Source of the DNA: an uncultured Eubacteriales bacterium
Lineage (GTDB): Bacteria; Acidobacteriota; Aminicenantia; Aminicenantales; Aminicenantaceae
Length of the DNA: 64,000 nucleotides
Assembly: GCA_964429695.1 (NCBI GenBank)
Contig: CAYSCS010000073.1
Span: 12,438-76,437 of the forward strand
Reading direction: 5' to 3'
This document shows positions 51,517 through 61,109 of this stretch, in pieces (within the stretch, counting starts at the first letter, position 1; each line of letters starts with the position of its first letter). The position numbers and the translations under genes are program-made. Below the pieces are notes generated by a model that saw only the letters and a program-made list of their open reading frames with translations, was not told the DNA's origin and ran no database searches.

Positions 51517-52269
51517 TTTTACTCCTTTTCAAAAAATATTAAGCAATCAATTTACGCCTGTCAACACAAAAATCCTCCTCTTATTTTTCGTTTAAATTAA
51601 TATCCATTTCTTTCTTATTTGTAGCCGAAGAGCAAGCTCCAGAGGATGAGAGGAATCAAAGAAATTCCAAGAAGAAGGAAGAAAGAGCCAAAAATTTTAA
51701 ACGCAAGTAACTTTTTTAAATCCACCTCTTTCAAGATAACCTCTTTCTTTAATTTTTCCCTTCCTTTGAGGTAATGATACTCTGCAGATCCTCCTCTTAA
51801 TATTCAGCAAAAGGCTCTAGCCTCGTGAGAATGACCGGGTCCATGAGGAAGTATTTCTCAAAGCAAAAGGGTCTCCCTCAAATCCAACTCAGGCTCTCAG
51901 GTATTTTCTTTAGATTAAGCTAGGAGAGGTTTCTAAGACTTTGGTTTTTATCTAGGAGCTTTTTCGAAGGAGATATCCAATTAAAATAAAAATGAAGCCA
52001 TATTATAGTTTATACATTGTCTAAATTAGTTTATCGCTAGATTAGTTGATAAAAATTTTTGAGCCTCGCACCAGTAATTGAAAGTAAAAAGTTATATGCA
52101 TTTCTTTTCTTTTTTCTCTATGGGTCTTTACCAACCAGTTTGGAGAAGAGCCATAAGTTTTATAAAATTAAAATTTTTTTTAAGGATGGAATTCTCTTTC
52201 AAAATGAGGCAGGAATATTGAAAATTGATATAGTAGTTGATATTTCTCCATTAAAAAAACTGAGATTCT

Positions 52270-53535
52270 TTAGCGCTCTATCTTTTTCTCGATTTTTTTT
52301 ATCTTTAAAAAAATTGCAGTTGCTAGAAGGAAGATGAAAATGGTGGCAATAATCAAGCCTCTTTTCCTGAATTTCGCCTCATTGAGCGCTTTTTCTCCTT
52401 TCTCCTGAACGCTGGAAAGAATCTCTTCTCCTTCATTTATTTTTTTTTCGAAGTCATCGACGTTGAGGCTATGGGTGAGGTTCCTGACCATTACCAGAAG
52501 ATTCTGAGCCTCTCTCAAATCAAACTTCGACTCACTCACCTCAACACCTTTTCTTTCCGCCGTTTCAAGAATTTCTTCCATTTTTTTTATTTTATTTTTG
52601 AAAGATTCGATTCTATTTCTATAGAGGGAAGAGACTTCAAAGCCTTTTGATCCTTGTTCATGGCAATTCAAACAAACGGATTCTTCTCCTGTGCCGAGCA
52701 TTTCATCTCGGGGAGGAAGTATTCTGTGGTTTTCATGGCAAGCCTCGCATTCTGAAATTCCCATTTCTCCAAAAGCCTCTTTATGCGGACTTTGAGAAAA
52801 TAGTTCACTTGCAGAAGGGTGACATTGATGGCAGACAAAGGCAATCGCTGAGACTCCAGGTGGCATTGCCCCATGATTTCCATGACAGTCGTTGCAGACA
52901 GCGGCGGAAAGGTCCTTTTTTTCGAAAAGAGCCCTGGCATGCACACTCTCTCGATAGTCTTTCTCCTGAGTAATGGGAATTGAATATTCCCTCATGTATT
53001 CTTTATCAGAATGACAACGGCCGCACATAGACGGCAAATTCCAGGGGAAAACAAGAGATTTGGGGTGAGAAGCCTCCAGGATGCCGTGAGAACCGTGACA
53101 ATCAATACAGACAGCTACCTTTATGTCTCCCTTTTTTAGCAACTTTCCATGTTGACTTGTCCAGTAGAGCCCAAGCTGGTCGATTCTGAGGCTGGGGTTA
53201 TATTTTCTGATGTAATCAGAATCCTGATGACAGTCCCCGCAGAAAGCAGGAATTTGTTTTCTCCCTGGGGTTCCTTTGAAGGATGAATCCTTCGCACTTT
53301 CAAGGTCATCTTCCTTTTCATTTCCACCGTGACAGGACACACAGGTGAGGCCGAACTTCTGGTGAATGTCGTTTTTAAAAGCCTCGACAGGGGCACGAAG
53401 CCCGTCTTCAAGCTCTCTATGGCATTCAAGGCAACTGTTCTGAGCCTCAGCTTCTGTTACCTGAAGAAGAAAAAGGGAGAGAATCATCAATCCCAAAAAA
53501 ATAAAATAAAATTTATTGAACTTCATTTCCTTCAT
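52270..53535 (-). CDS. nonahaem c-type cytochrome with N-terminal signal and C-terminal transmembrane anchor
   Basis: nine CXXCH motifs; C-terminal hydrophobic helix GLIIATIFIFLLATAIF; start at 53535 (MKEMKF) overlaps the cytochrome b stop. Confidence 0.8.
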   Translation of the reverse strand: MKEMKFNKFYFIFLGLMILSLFLLQVTEAEAQNSCLECHRELEDGLRAPVEAFKNDIHQKFGLTCVSCHGGNEKEDDLESAKDSSFKGTPGRKQIPAFCGDCHQDSDYIRKYNPSLRIDQLGLYWTSQHGKLLKKGDIKVAVCIDCHGSHGILEASHPKSLVFPWNLPSMCGRCHSDKEYMREYSIPITQEKDYRESVHARALFEKKDLSAAVCNDCHGNHGAMPPGVSAIAFVCHQCHPSASELFSQSPHKEAFGEMGISECEACHENHRILPPRDEMLGTGEESVCLNCHEQGSKGFEVSSLYRNRIESFKNKIKKMEEILETAERKGVEVSESKFDLREAQNLLVMVRNLTHSLNVDDFEKKINEGEEILSSVQEKGEKALNEAKFRKRGLIIATIFIFLLATAIFLKIKKIEKKIER

Positions 53536-54617
53536 AGCCTTGGATGAAGATAGGTGTAGAGAGTGATGAGAATTATGTAGAGGAGGATTATCAGCCCTGC
53601 AATCGAGAAAAAGGGACTTTTTTTCTCCCTTGATGCCCTCCTGTCTAAATAGGGAACGAGCATCCAGAGAAGAGCGCCGAAGATGAATCCCACAATGGCG
53701 AGGACCTCTCCTTTGATGGTAAAAACGTGAGAAGGGATTAATTTTAAAGTTGTAAACATGAAGATAAAATACCACTCAGGTTTTATTCCCAGGGGAGTGG
53801 GAGAAAACATGTCCGCCTTTTTTCCTATTTCCCAGGGAAAAAAGACGCATAAAATCCCTATCAAAGAAAGAATGAGTATCCAACCGAGAGAGTCCTTGAG
53901 GATGAAATTGGGGAAAAATGGCACTTCTTTTATTTGCTTTTCTTTAAGCCCTATGGGTTTACTCATTCCCAGGATTTGAACCAGGAGGATATGGAGCCCG
54001 AGAACAAAGACTGTGATTAAAGGGAGGACGATTACATGAAACCAGAAGAACCTCTGCAGCGTGAACTCTGAGACATCCGGGCCCCCGAGGATGAAATTCT
54101 TGAGCTGCTTCCCGATGAGGGGAATTGTGCCTGCAATGTCAGTTCCCACTCTTGTGGCGAAAAAGGAGAGTTCATTCCAAGGCAGGAGATAACCACTGAA
54201 GCCAAAGGCGAGGAAAATAAGAAGGAGTAAAAATCCGCTTACCCAGGTTAGTTCTCGAGGATTGCGGTAAGCCTTGAGAAAAAAGGTACTGAACATGTGG
54301 ATGAAGATGGTGCCGATGAGGATGTTGGCTGTCCAGGAGTGAAAAGAGCGGATGAGCCAGCCAAACCTTACTTCACCCATAATGAATTTAACGCTTTCAT
54401 AGGCGCCGTCGACAGTGGGTTTATAATAAAGGGCTAACATGATTCCTGTCACGACTTGGATGAAGAAAAGAAAAAGACAGATTCCTCCGAAATAATACCA
54501 GAAGGAGAATTTGTGTTCGGGGACCTTTTTCTTTTTGGCCATTTCGATGAGGGAGGAGAGCCTTAATCTTTGGTCAAGGTGAGAGTAGATTACTCTACCT
54601 ATCTTTTTCATTCTCAT
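53532..54617 (-). CDS. full-length cytochrome b (b6 + subunit-IV-like) of a Rieske/cytb quinol oxidoreductase
   Basis: 361 aa, 7-8 TM helices, N-terminal alignment to cytochrome b6 (FGGICLFLFFIQVVTG...), conserved His pairs in helices. Confidence 0.85.
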   Translation of the reverse strand: MRMKKIGRVIYSHLDQRLRLSSLIEMAKKKKVPEHKFSFWYYFGGICLFLFFIQVVTGIMLALYYKPTVDGAYESVKFIMGEVRFGWLIRSFHSWTANILIGTIFIHMFSTFFLKAYRNPRELTWVSGFLLLLIFLAFGFSGYLLPWNELSFFATRVGTDIAGTIPLIGKQLKNFILGGPDVSEFTLQRFFWFHVIVLPLITVFVLGLHILLVQILGMSKPIGLKEKQIKEVPFFPNFILKDSLGWILILSLIGILCVFFPWEIGKKADMFSPTPLGIKPEWYFIFMFTTLKLIPSHVFTIKGEVLAIVGFIFGALLWMLVPYLDRRASREKKSPFFSIAGLIILLYIILITLYTYLHPRL

Positions 54618-55036
54618 GTCCTGGAAACTATGATCTCTTCACCTGAAATCTCTACCTTGTAAGACCTGAGGGGTGAGGGTGGGGGACCTGAGATCACTCT
54701 TCCGCTCAGGTCGAATTTTCCATTATGGCAGGGGCAGAGGATTATTCCTTCTTCACTTTGATAGATAACTGAACAACTAAGATGAGTACATACAGCCGAA
54801 AAAGCAAGAAGTTCACCTTCTTGAGTCTTGATTAAGATGGCAGGTTCTTCGCCGAACTTGAAAATCTTGTGGGTGTTGGGTGGAATTTCTCGAGCCTTTC
54901 CGACAACGACTTTTTTGGCTGTCACCTTGGCTTTCTTAGGAGGAATAAGGTAACGGATAAGGGGATACAGAAAAGAAGCTATCGTTCCCGTCAGGCTCAA
55001 AAAAAGAAAAATATCAATGAAACTTCTTCTTTTCAT
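54614..55036 (-). CDS. Rieske [2Fe-2S] protein
   Basis: CTHLSC...CPCHNGKF boxes; N-terminal KRRSFID Tat-like anchor. Confidence 0.85.
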   Translation of the reverse strand: MKRRSFIDIFLFLSLTGTIASFLYPLIRYLIPPKKAKVTAKKVVVGKAREIPPNTHKIFKFGEEPAILIKTQEGELLAFSAVCTHLSCSVIYQSEEGIILCPCHNGKFDLSGRVISGPPPSPLRSYKVEISGEEIIVSRT

Positions 55037-57023
55037 CTCTACTTTTCTGGATTGATTCTAACTTTTTTTTCAACGCTGTCAAGCTTTCTTCAGTGAAATT
55101 AAAGTTATGTACCCCGAGGCTTCCATCAAGTTCGAATTTTTCGATCAATTTGTGGGCCTCATTGAGTTTAAGGTTTATATATTCTCCCCCCAGCCCCTTT
55201 TCTTTCTTTTCTTTTAATAAAAAGCGACAGGAGTTTAGAAGGGTCCGGGTTGTGGATTGCCATTCATCAAAGATTTCCTTGTATCTATCTTCATGACACT
55301 CTCCACACTTATTCCGGTCAGAGCGATAAACGAGATTGTTTCTTTCCAGGTGGCAGTCGGAGCATCCTACCCCGGCGCTTGCCATCCTATCCTCTGGAAT
55401 TATAAATTCATCTTCCTTGCCTCCTTGATAAAAAGTCTTCTGGAGGAGGTGGCACTCTTCGCACCTTCTTGAGTTTTTCTCATGGTGGCAGGGAGCACAG
55501 CTCTTTTTTGTGGTCACGAGCTCCCCATGTCTTCTGAGATTTAAGTGACAGGAATCGCAGCCAATTTTACTTCCCAGAACATGCGTCTTATGGGAGAAAG
55601 TTAAGCCAAATATGGAGGAGCTGATTTCTTCGATTCCTTCATGACAGGTTATACACTGAGAGGGTATCTCCCCTCCCAAAACCTCGAAGGAAGGAGGAGT
55701 AAAGGGAGATTCGATGAGACGCAGAGCATCCACCATCATTTTATAAGCTGCAGAGAGTAGCTCCAGGGAATAACTCATGTTGTGAACACTCTTCCCCTTT
55801 TCAACGAGTTCGATGTTGAAGAGAGCATCTTCGAGAAGAGATTCAGCATTTTTCTTCTGCGGATGTTTAGTCATTTTTAATTCCTGAAGAATATTGAGGT
55901 ATAGGGAACGAATTTCTCCTATTTTCTTATTCGTGGAAAGCTCCCACTCCTTCAATATCCTTGAGAATCCCTTTCCGTGACATGAGGAGCATGCTTCACT
56001 CCCTGAAACGAGAGTTTCACTCTTGATTTTCTTTCTCCCTTCTTCTTCGTGGAGAAAGTGGCAACCCTTGCAGCTTAACCCCTTTTCGAGCATGAGGTTT
56101 GGTTTTGGATGAGGGATCCCTTTTCCTCCTTCTCCAGTAAAGAGAATTTTCTGGGCAAGATGATGGCCAGCATGGCAAGAGGTGCATTCGGCAATGGCTT
56201 CAATATTTTTCACAATCTTGTGCTGGATTTCTAAGTGGCATTGATTGCACTCGACCTTGTGAAGATAGATATGGGTTTCGTGCATCAAATCTGTATCATC
56301 GTATCTTTTTAACCTCTCTTCTTCCCAGTGACATTTGTAGCAATTTTCTCTGGGTACCTCACCTTCTCCTAGGATGGTATTAGTATGGCATTTCTCACAG
56401 GAAATTCCGTTTTCGATGACCAGAGCATGCTTAAAAGAAGAACTCCCCTCTTCACTAAGAGACTCTCTTTGGTGACAGTGCAGACAATTATCGATTTGAG
56501 GATAGTGTTCACTTCTCTTGAAATGACAGATGAAGCATGAGCTTTCGGTGACGGTGATGTGTTCGCCCTGGACTATCTGAGAATGACAGCTTGTGCACTG
56601 TAGCCTCTTTCCTCTCTTGAGGTCAGAGAAATGGACTCTATGGTCAAAGATAATTTTCTTGAATCTTACCTTCCCCTCTAGAAGCCTCTTCTCATGACAG
56701 CCTTGGCGAAGACAACTTTCGTCTCTTATTTCCGCCCATGGCTTTGATTTGAGGTAGAGCTTTGTCCAGTAGCGTCCCACCATCACCAGCCCTTCCACCT
56801 TCTTCCTGAGTTTGCTCTTCACCCCACCTCCTGGAGGGTAGTGACAGAGGCTGCATTCGAATTTGTTATGGGAGGAAGTTTTCCAGCTTTCAAAGAAAGG
56901 TTTCATGTAATGACACATAGCACAGAAACGAGAGTGGGAGGTGAATTCGATTGAGCCGAAAAGAAAAAGGATGAAAATAGAGGCGATAACGACGGCTACA
57001 ATTAAGCCTTTCTTTCTTTTCAT
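55014..57023 (-). CDS. membrane-anchored multihaem (17 CXXCH + 1 CX4CH) c-type cytochrome with NapC/NrfH-like N-terminus
   Basis: N-terminal TM helix followed immediately by CAMCH; 17 canonical haem-binding motifs across 669 aa. Confidence 0.8.
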   Translation of the reverse strand: MKRKKGLIVAVVIASIFILFLFGSIEFTSHSRFCAMCHYMKPFFESWKTSSHNKFECSLCHYPPGGGVKSKLRKKVEGLVMVGRYWTKLYLKSKPWAEIRDESCLRQGCHEKRLLEGKVRFKKIIFDHRVHFSDLKRGKRLQCTSCHSQIVQGEHITVTESSCFICHFKRSEHYPQIDNCLHCHQRESLSEEGSSSFKHALVIENGISCEKCHTNTILGEGEVPRENCYKCHWEEERLKRYDDTDLMHETHIYLHKVECNQCHLEIQHKIVKNIEAIAECTSCHAGHHLAQKILFTGEGGKGIPHPKPNLMLEKGLSCKGCHFLHEEEGRKKIKSETLVSGSEACSSCHGKGFSRILKEWELSTNKKIGEIRSLYLNILQELKMTKHPQKKNAESLLEDALFNIELVEKGKSVHNMSYSLELLSAAYKMMVDALRLIESPFTPPSFEVLGGEIPSQCITCHEGIEEISSSIFGLTFSHKTHVLGSKIGCDSCHLNLRRHGELVTTKKSCAPCHHEKNSRRCEECHLLQKTFYQGGKEDEFIIPEDRMASAGVGCSDCHLERNNLVYRSDRNKCGECHEDRYKEIFDEWQSTTRTLLNSCRFLLKEKKEKGLGGEYINLKLNEAHKLIEKFELDGSLGVHNFNFTEESLTALKKKLESIQKSRDEKKKFH

Positions 57024-57086
57024 CTTAGAATCAACACGGGCCGTTTTGGCGATTCAAGAAGAGAGGTTTCAAGCTCATCCTTTTTA

Positions 57087-57905
57087 TCAGGCATAGGAAT
57101 GGAGACCGGAGATTAAGTAATTCACACCGAAGTAAGTAAACATGGCTGTGAGAAATCCAATGATGGCAATCCATGCTGAACGTCTTCCTCTCCATCCCAT
57201 GAGGAGCCGGGTATGGAGATAAAGGGCGAAGACAAACCAAGTGATCAGGCTCCAGGTCTCCTTTGGATCCCAGCTCCAGTAGCTTCCCCAGGCTTTGTGA
57301 GCCCAGACCATGCCGAAGACAAGTGCTCCCAGAGTAAACAGGGGGAAACCTACGGCAATACACCTGTAACTTATCCAATCCAGCTTCAGGGAAGAGAGAG
57401 AAGATTTAAGTTTCTTTCCTTTTTTCTCTCTTCTCTCTGTGGTTAAATACATGATGCTCGTGATGAAAGCCAAAGCGAAGAAAGCCTCTCCCAGCAGAGT
57501 CACCGAGACATGGAGCCACAACCAGTAACTCTGGAGTGCTGGAACAAGAGGAGTGTGATCTTTGGGCATGAGAGGAGAGGAGGCAAGAGCCATTACTGCC
57601 ATGACGATGAGCAGGAAATAGGGACCAACGTTACGAAATTTGTATTTTTTTTCCATGATGAGATAAGCCAGGATGGAAGACCAGGCTAGAAAGGAGAGTG
57701 ATTCATACATGTTGGTAAAGGGAGCATGACCACTCTCAATGGTGCGCAGGATGAGAGCTAGGGTATGAAGAATGAGACCACCTGCGGCGAAAAAATAGGC
57801 AATTTTTCCCACGGTTTCTCTTTTAGAAAAGAGAAAAGAAAAATAAAAAAAACAAGAGAGGATGTAGGCTAAAAAGGTCACTGAAAATAGAATCGATTCA
57901 TTCAA
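57087..57905 (-). CDS. ccsA: cytochrome c biogenesis (system II) protein CcsA/ResC
   Basis: polytopic; W-rich WGSYWSWDPKETW motif. Confidence 0.8.
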   Translation of the reverse strand: MNESILFSVTFLAYILSCFFYFSFLFSKRETVGKIAYFFAAGGLILHTLALILRTIESGHAPFTNMYESLSFLAWSSILAYLIMEKKYKFRNVGPYFLLIVMAVMALASSPLMPKDHTPLVPALQSYWLWLHVSVTLLGEAFFALAFITSIMYLTTERREKKGKKLKSSLSSLKLDWISYRCIAVGFPLFTLGALVFGMVWAHKAWGSYWSWDPKETWSLITWFVFALYLHTRLLMGWRGRRSAWIAIIGFLTAMFTYFGVNYLISGLHSYA

Positions 57906-59260
57906 CTCCGCCTCCTTAAAGAATCGAATATTTTGTTGAGTTCAGCCTCAAGCGCTTCTTTATTCTTTGAGCTCAAGGCGCCGACTGCAATTTCTGTTGA
58001 TTTTTCTTCTTGCTCGAGGATTGCCTTTATTTCCCTTATAGGCCAGTAGAAGGCAAGCATCAGTCCCATCATCAAAAAGGCACATCCCGTCCAGATGAGA
58101 GGGGTGCCGGGGTCGCGAGCTACCTGAATGACCGAAAATTGCCTTGCCCGTATCTCGGTGATTTCAATTTTTAAATCATCTTTATTCTTCTGGTGAAGAG
58201 AGGCGAAATCTGGAAACCTTGAGAAAACCCATCCTGAGAAAATTCTTTGACCATCTTTCCATCCTTCTATGAAAGCCGCTGGATTATTCGGTTGGAGAGA
58301 GCGCGTCCTTATTTGCTTGTTTTCGTCAATCATGAAATCAGGGACAAAGCGAGTGACTTTAATTTCTATCTCTCCTCCCCAAAGCCTTACTCTTTCACCA
58401 ACCTCCAATGAAATTCTTTCAGGTCCCTCAGTTGATTTATTGTTTGAGATTAGAAGTTCAAGAGAGGGGCTCTCCCAATCCAAGCCATAACTTGATTGAT
58501 AGAAAAGCAAGCCTTTGTAAGATAAGGGATGATTGACTTCAATCACTTTATTAAGTTGGGGCGCTCCTTTTTCTAATACCGTGAGAGTACTCTTCCAGTC
58601 TTTTACGCTTCCGTTAGCATAGAATTCAGTCTCGAATTTTTCCAACCTGATTTTGAAATCAGCTCTAGGAACAGGAATTACTTCTTGTTCGTAGAGGATG
58701 AGGTTTTCACGAAAACCACCCAGACCGCTCAGAATTCCTCCAGCGAGGATGATAAGCAGACCCAAATGCACAATGTCCGAACCGAAGGCACCCAGCAACC
58801 TTTTTCTACCTATAATAAATATTTTCCCTTCACCTTCCCTTTCTCTTACTCGATAGTGTCTGAGTCGGAGCTCCCCTCTCAATTCTTCTTTTGCCTTAAG
58901 CACGCTCCAGTTTTTTCTAATTTTTTTTGAAATTTTTAGAAGCTGGAGATTTTTTTGTTCTGTTTCAAATTGGGGGTTAAGAATCCTTCTTAATTTCGGC
59001 ATGAGGCGAATCAGGGTACAGGTGATGATGTTTAGGGAGAAGATGAAGAGAAGCCCTATGAACCAGAAGGAGTGATAGAGATTTGTAATTTTAAGCCGGA
59101 TTAGAAGCTGAGCAAGAGAGCCATAACGAGCAAAATATTCGGCAGGGGGTCTCTGCTGAGGAACAAGAGTTCCAAATACCGAGGAGATTGTGATGAGGGA
59201 GATGATTACAAGAGCAAGCTTGATGCTCTTAAAAAAATTTAATAATCTTTGCATCAGCAA
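57902..59260 (-). CDS. ccsB: cytochrome c biogenesis (system II) protein ResB/CcsB
   Basis: 452 aa; ResB-like N-terminal TM segments and large periplasmic domain; ATGA overlap with ccsA. Confidence 0.75.
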   Translation of the reverse strand: MLMQRLLNFFKSIKLALVIISLITISSVFGTLVPQQRPPAEYFARYGSLAQLLIRLKITNLYHSFWFIGLLFIFSLNIITCTLIRLMPKLRRILNPQFETEQKNLQLLKISKKIRKNWSVLKAKEELRGELRLRHYRVREREGEGKIFIIGRKRLLGAFGSDIVHLGLLIILAGGILSGLGGFRENLILYEQEVIPVPRADFKIRLEKFETEFYANGSVKDWKSTLTVLEKGAPQLNKVIEVNHPLSYKGLLFYQSSYGLDWESPSLELLISNNKSTEGPERISLEVGERVRLWGGEIEIKVTRFVPDFMIDENKQIRTRSLQPNNPAAFIEGWKDGQRIFSGWVFSRFPDFASLHQKNKDDLKIEITEIRARQFSVIQVARDPGTPLIWTGCAFLMMGLMLAFYWPIREIKAILEQEEKSTEIAVGALSSKNKEALEAELNKIFDSLRRRS

Positions 59261-59519
59261 ACTTCACCTCAATTTTTATTAATTTTATAGAATTAATAGA
59301 TTTATTTCAATCTTAAATGTCTCTATTTTAGATAAAATTTAAACTCAAAGAAATGGCTCCTCCTTCCTGTCCTACCTTCTTCTTCCCAAGAACTTCCAAA
59401 GAAGCGAAGGATGAGATTATTCTCTTTTATTTCTTCTTTTGCTCTTGAGTCTCTCTTTAAAAACAAGTTTTAGGGAGGCGAATTTTCGCAACTTAAGATA
59501 CGGGAAGGTTGAATCGGGC

Positions 59520-60755
59520 TCATTTCCTGGAGCTTCTGAGCTCCTCGGCCCTTTCCTTTATCTCGGTGAGACTTCGCCTCATCTCACTCCACCCGTACCA
59601 GAGGGCATAATCAGGATTAGCGTGGAATGTACCCTGGAAAGTCCTCATCCTGTGCTCGAGAAACATGACAAAAAGCTTCTGCTCTATGGCAGTTGGGGCA
59701 TCGTGGAAAGTAAGTAAATCAGGGAAGGGAGAGGAATATGATTCTGGTTTGACGAGTATTCCATCTTTGTAGAGTGAAGCAACAATCCTAATTGCCTCTG
59801 CCATCAGCCTGTCTGCTTCGCGGATTATCTGGTCTCCTTTTTCGAGTTCGGCCTTGGCAAAATTGCGGGAGTGACACTGGTTGCAGGTGGTAAGCATCTT
59901 TTCTCTTTCTTTCTCCCATTCATCTTGAGTAAGGCGGGCTACCCTTGCTTGTTTTACAACATCTAATCTTGGGGTTGGATTCCCTTTCGGGTCGAGTACA
60001 CCCAGGGCCTGGAGGATTGTTACTCTATCCGCTGCCCACTGTTTGTCATCCGGCAGGGGAAGGCGGACTGCCAGGAATCCCCATGAAGTAAGAACATTGT
60101 GGTCTCCCTTAACCATGTGACAGGTCTGACAGGTTGGAGCAGCCACAGTCTCAGGCAAGGTTCTGTTTTGCTTCAAGAGAAACCTGACCCCATGCTTTGA
60201 ACCTGAATACATCTCCCATTGAGGATGATCAAACCCCATGTGGCAGGTCTGGCAGGCCTGAGGCTGACGGGCTTCTTGCACAGAAAAGACATGGCGGGTG
60301 TGACAGGCATCGCAGGAAGCAACGCCAAATCCTGGACCATGTTTCTTCAAGTGCTTAATCTCTTCTTCGGATTTCAAACCTATTTTGTGGCATCCACCGC
60401 ACCCCTTCATTCCTTCCATGAGCGCCATGGGCTGCCAGTGCGCAGTGGGCATGGCTTTCATTGCTGCCCATGCGGCTGCGTGCTTTCCTGACTTGAATTG
60501 TTCCACCCTTTCTGGATGACAATTGGCACAAGTCTCGGGTTGGGGAATCTGAGCCCTTTCCACATCCTGCGAACCCTTATGCATATCGCCATGGCAAATG
60601 GAGCAAGTTACTTCATTCTGGCTATGTTTACTGAGCTGCCAATCATTGACGATGTTGGGAGTCGACTTTTTATGACAATCCACACATTCTTGGGAAAATA
60701 GAAGAACTGAAAAACCAAGACTCAAGAAAAAGGAAAAGAAAACCTTCCCTTTCAA
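59520..60755 (-). CDS. octahaem c-type cytochrome, secreted (HAO-like or OmaB-like)
   Basis: signal peptide; eight CXXCH; C-terminal helical region (NPDYALWYGW). Confidence 0.8.
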   Translation of the reverse strand: MKGKVFFSFFLSLGFSVLLFSQECVDCHKKSTPNIVNDWQLSKHSQNEVTCSICHGDMHKGSQDVERAQIPQPETCANCHPERVEQFKSGKHAAAWAAMKAMPTAHWQPMALMEGMKGCGGCHKIGLKSEEEIKHLKKHGPGFGVASCDACHTRHVFSVQEARQPQACQTCHMGFDHPQWEMYSGSKHGVRFLLKQNRTLPETVAAPTCQTCHMVKGDHNVLTSWGFLAVRLPLPDDKQWAADRVTILQALGVLDPKGNPTPRLDVVKQARVARLTQDEWEKEREKMLTTCNQCHSRNFAKAELEKGDQIIREADRLMAEAIRIVASLYKDGILVKPESYSSPFPDLLTFHDAPTAIEQKLFVMFLEHRMRTFQGTFHANPDYALWYGWSEMRRSLTEIKERAEELRSSRK

Positions 60756-61109
60756 TTAAACCTCCCTTTTTTACAAAATTTAGGTTTTATTTTAATTTTC
60801 ATGAAAATTTTCCTCGAAAGACCCTTTCTCTTCTTTATCTTATCGACCTATATATAAGCAATCAGGTTCGAATTTTCAACATATTTTTAAGCTCTCAAGG
60901 CTCATCTCTAAGCAAAAAAAATTAACTGAAGATTAAAAACTTCAAAATGCCGAGGAGTGATAGAAAAGGGGTTCGATATAAGGAGAGGAATGAAAGATAG
61001 ACTTTTTTGTGCTTTTCTTTCCATAACCCTCAAAATTAAAAGAAGATATCTTTTTCTTTTCCTTTTTCCTTTATATTTTCTTACCAACTGATTTCTACTT
61101 TTTCTTCCC

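Noticed and set aside
52059-52337. 92-aa plus-strand ORF in the gap within the cytochrome block
   Set aside because: Phe/Leu/Lys-rich translation of AT-rich DNA, overlaps the end of the nonahaem gene; likely spurious
57031-57378. 115-aa ORF listed on the minus strand overlapping ccsA
   Set aside because: Different frame inside the well-supported CcsA gene
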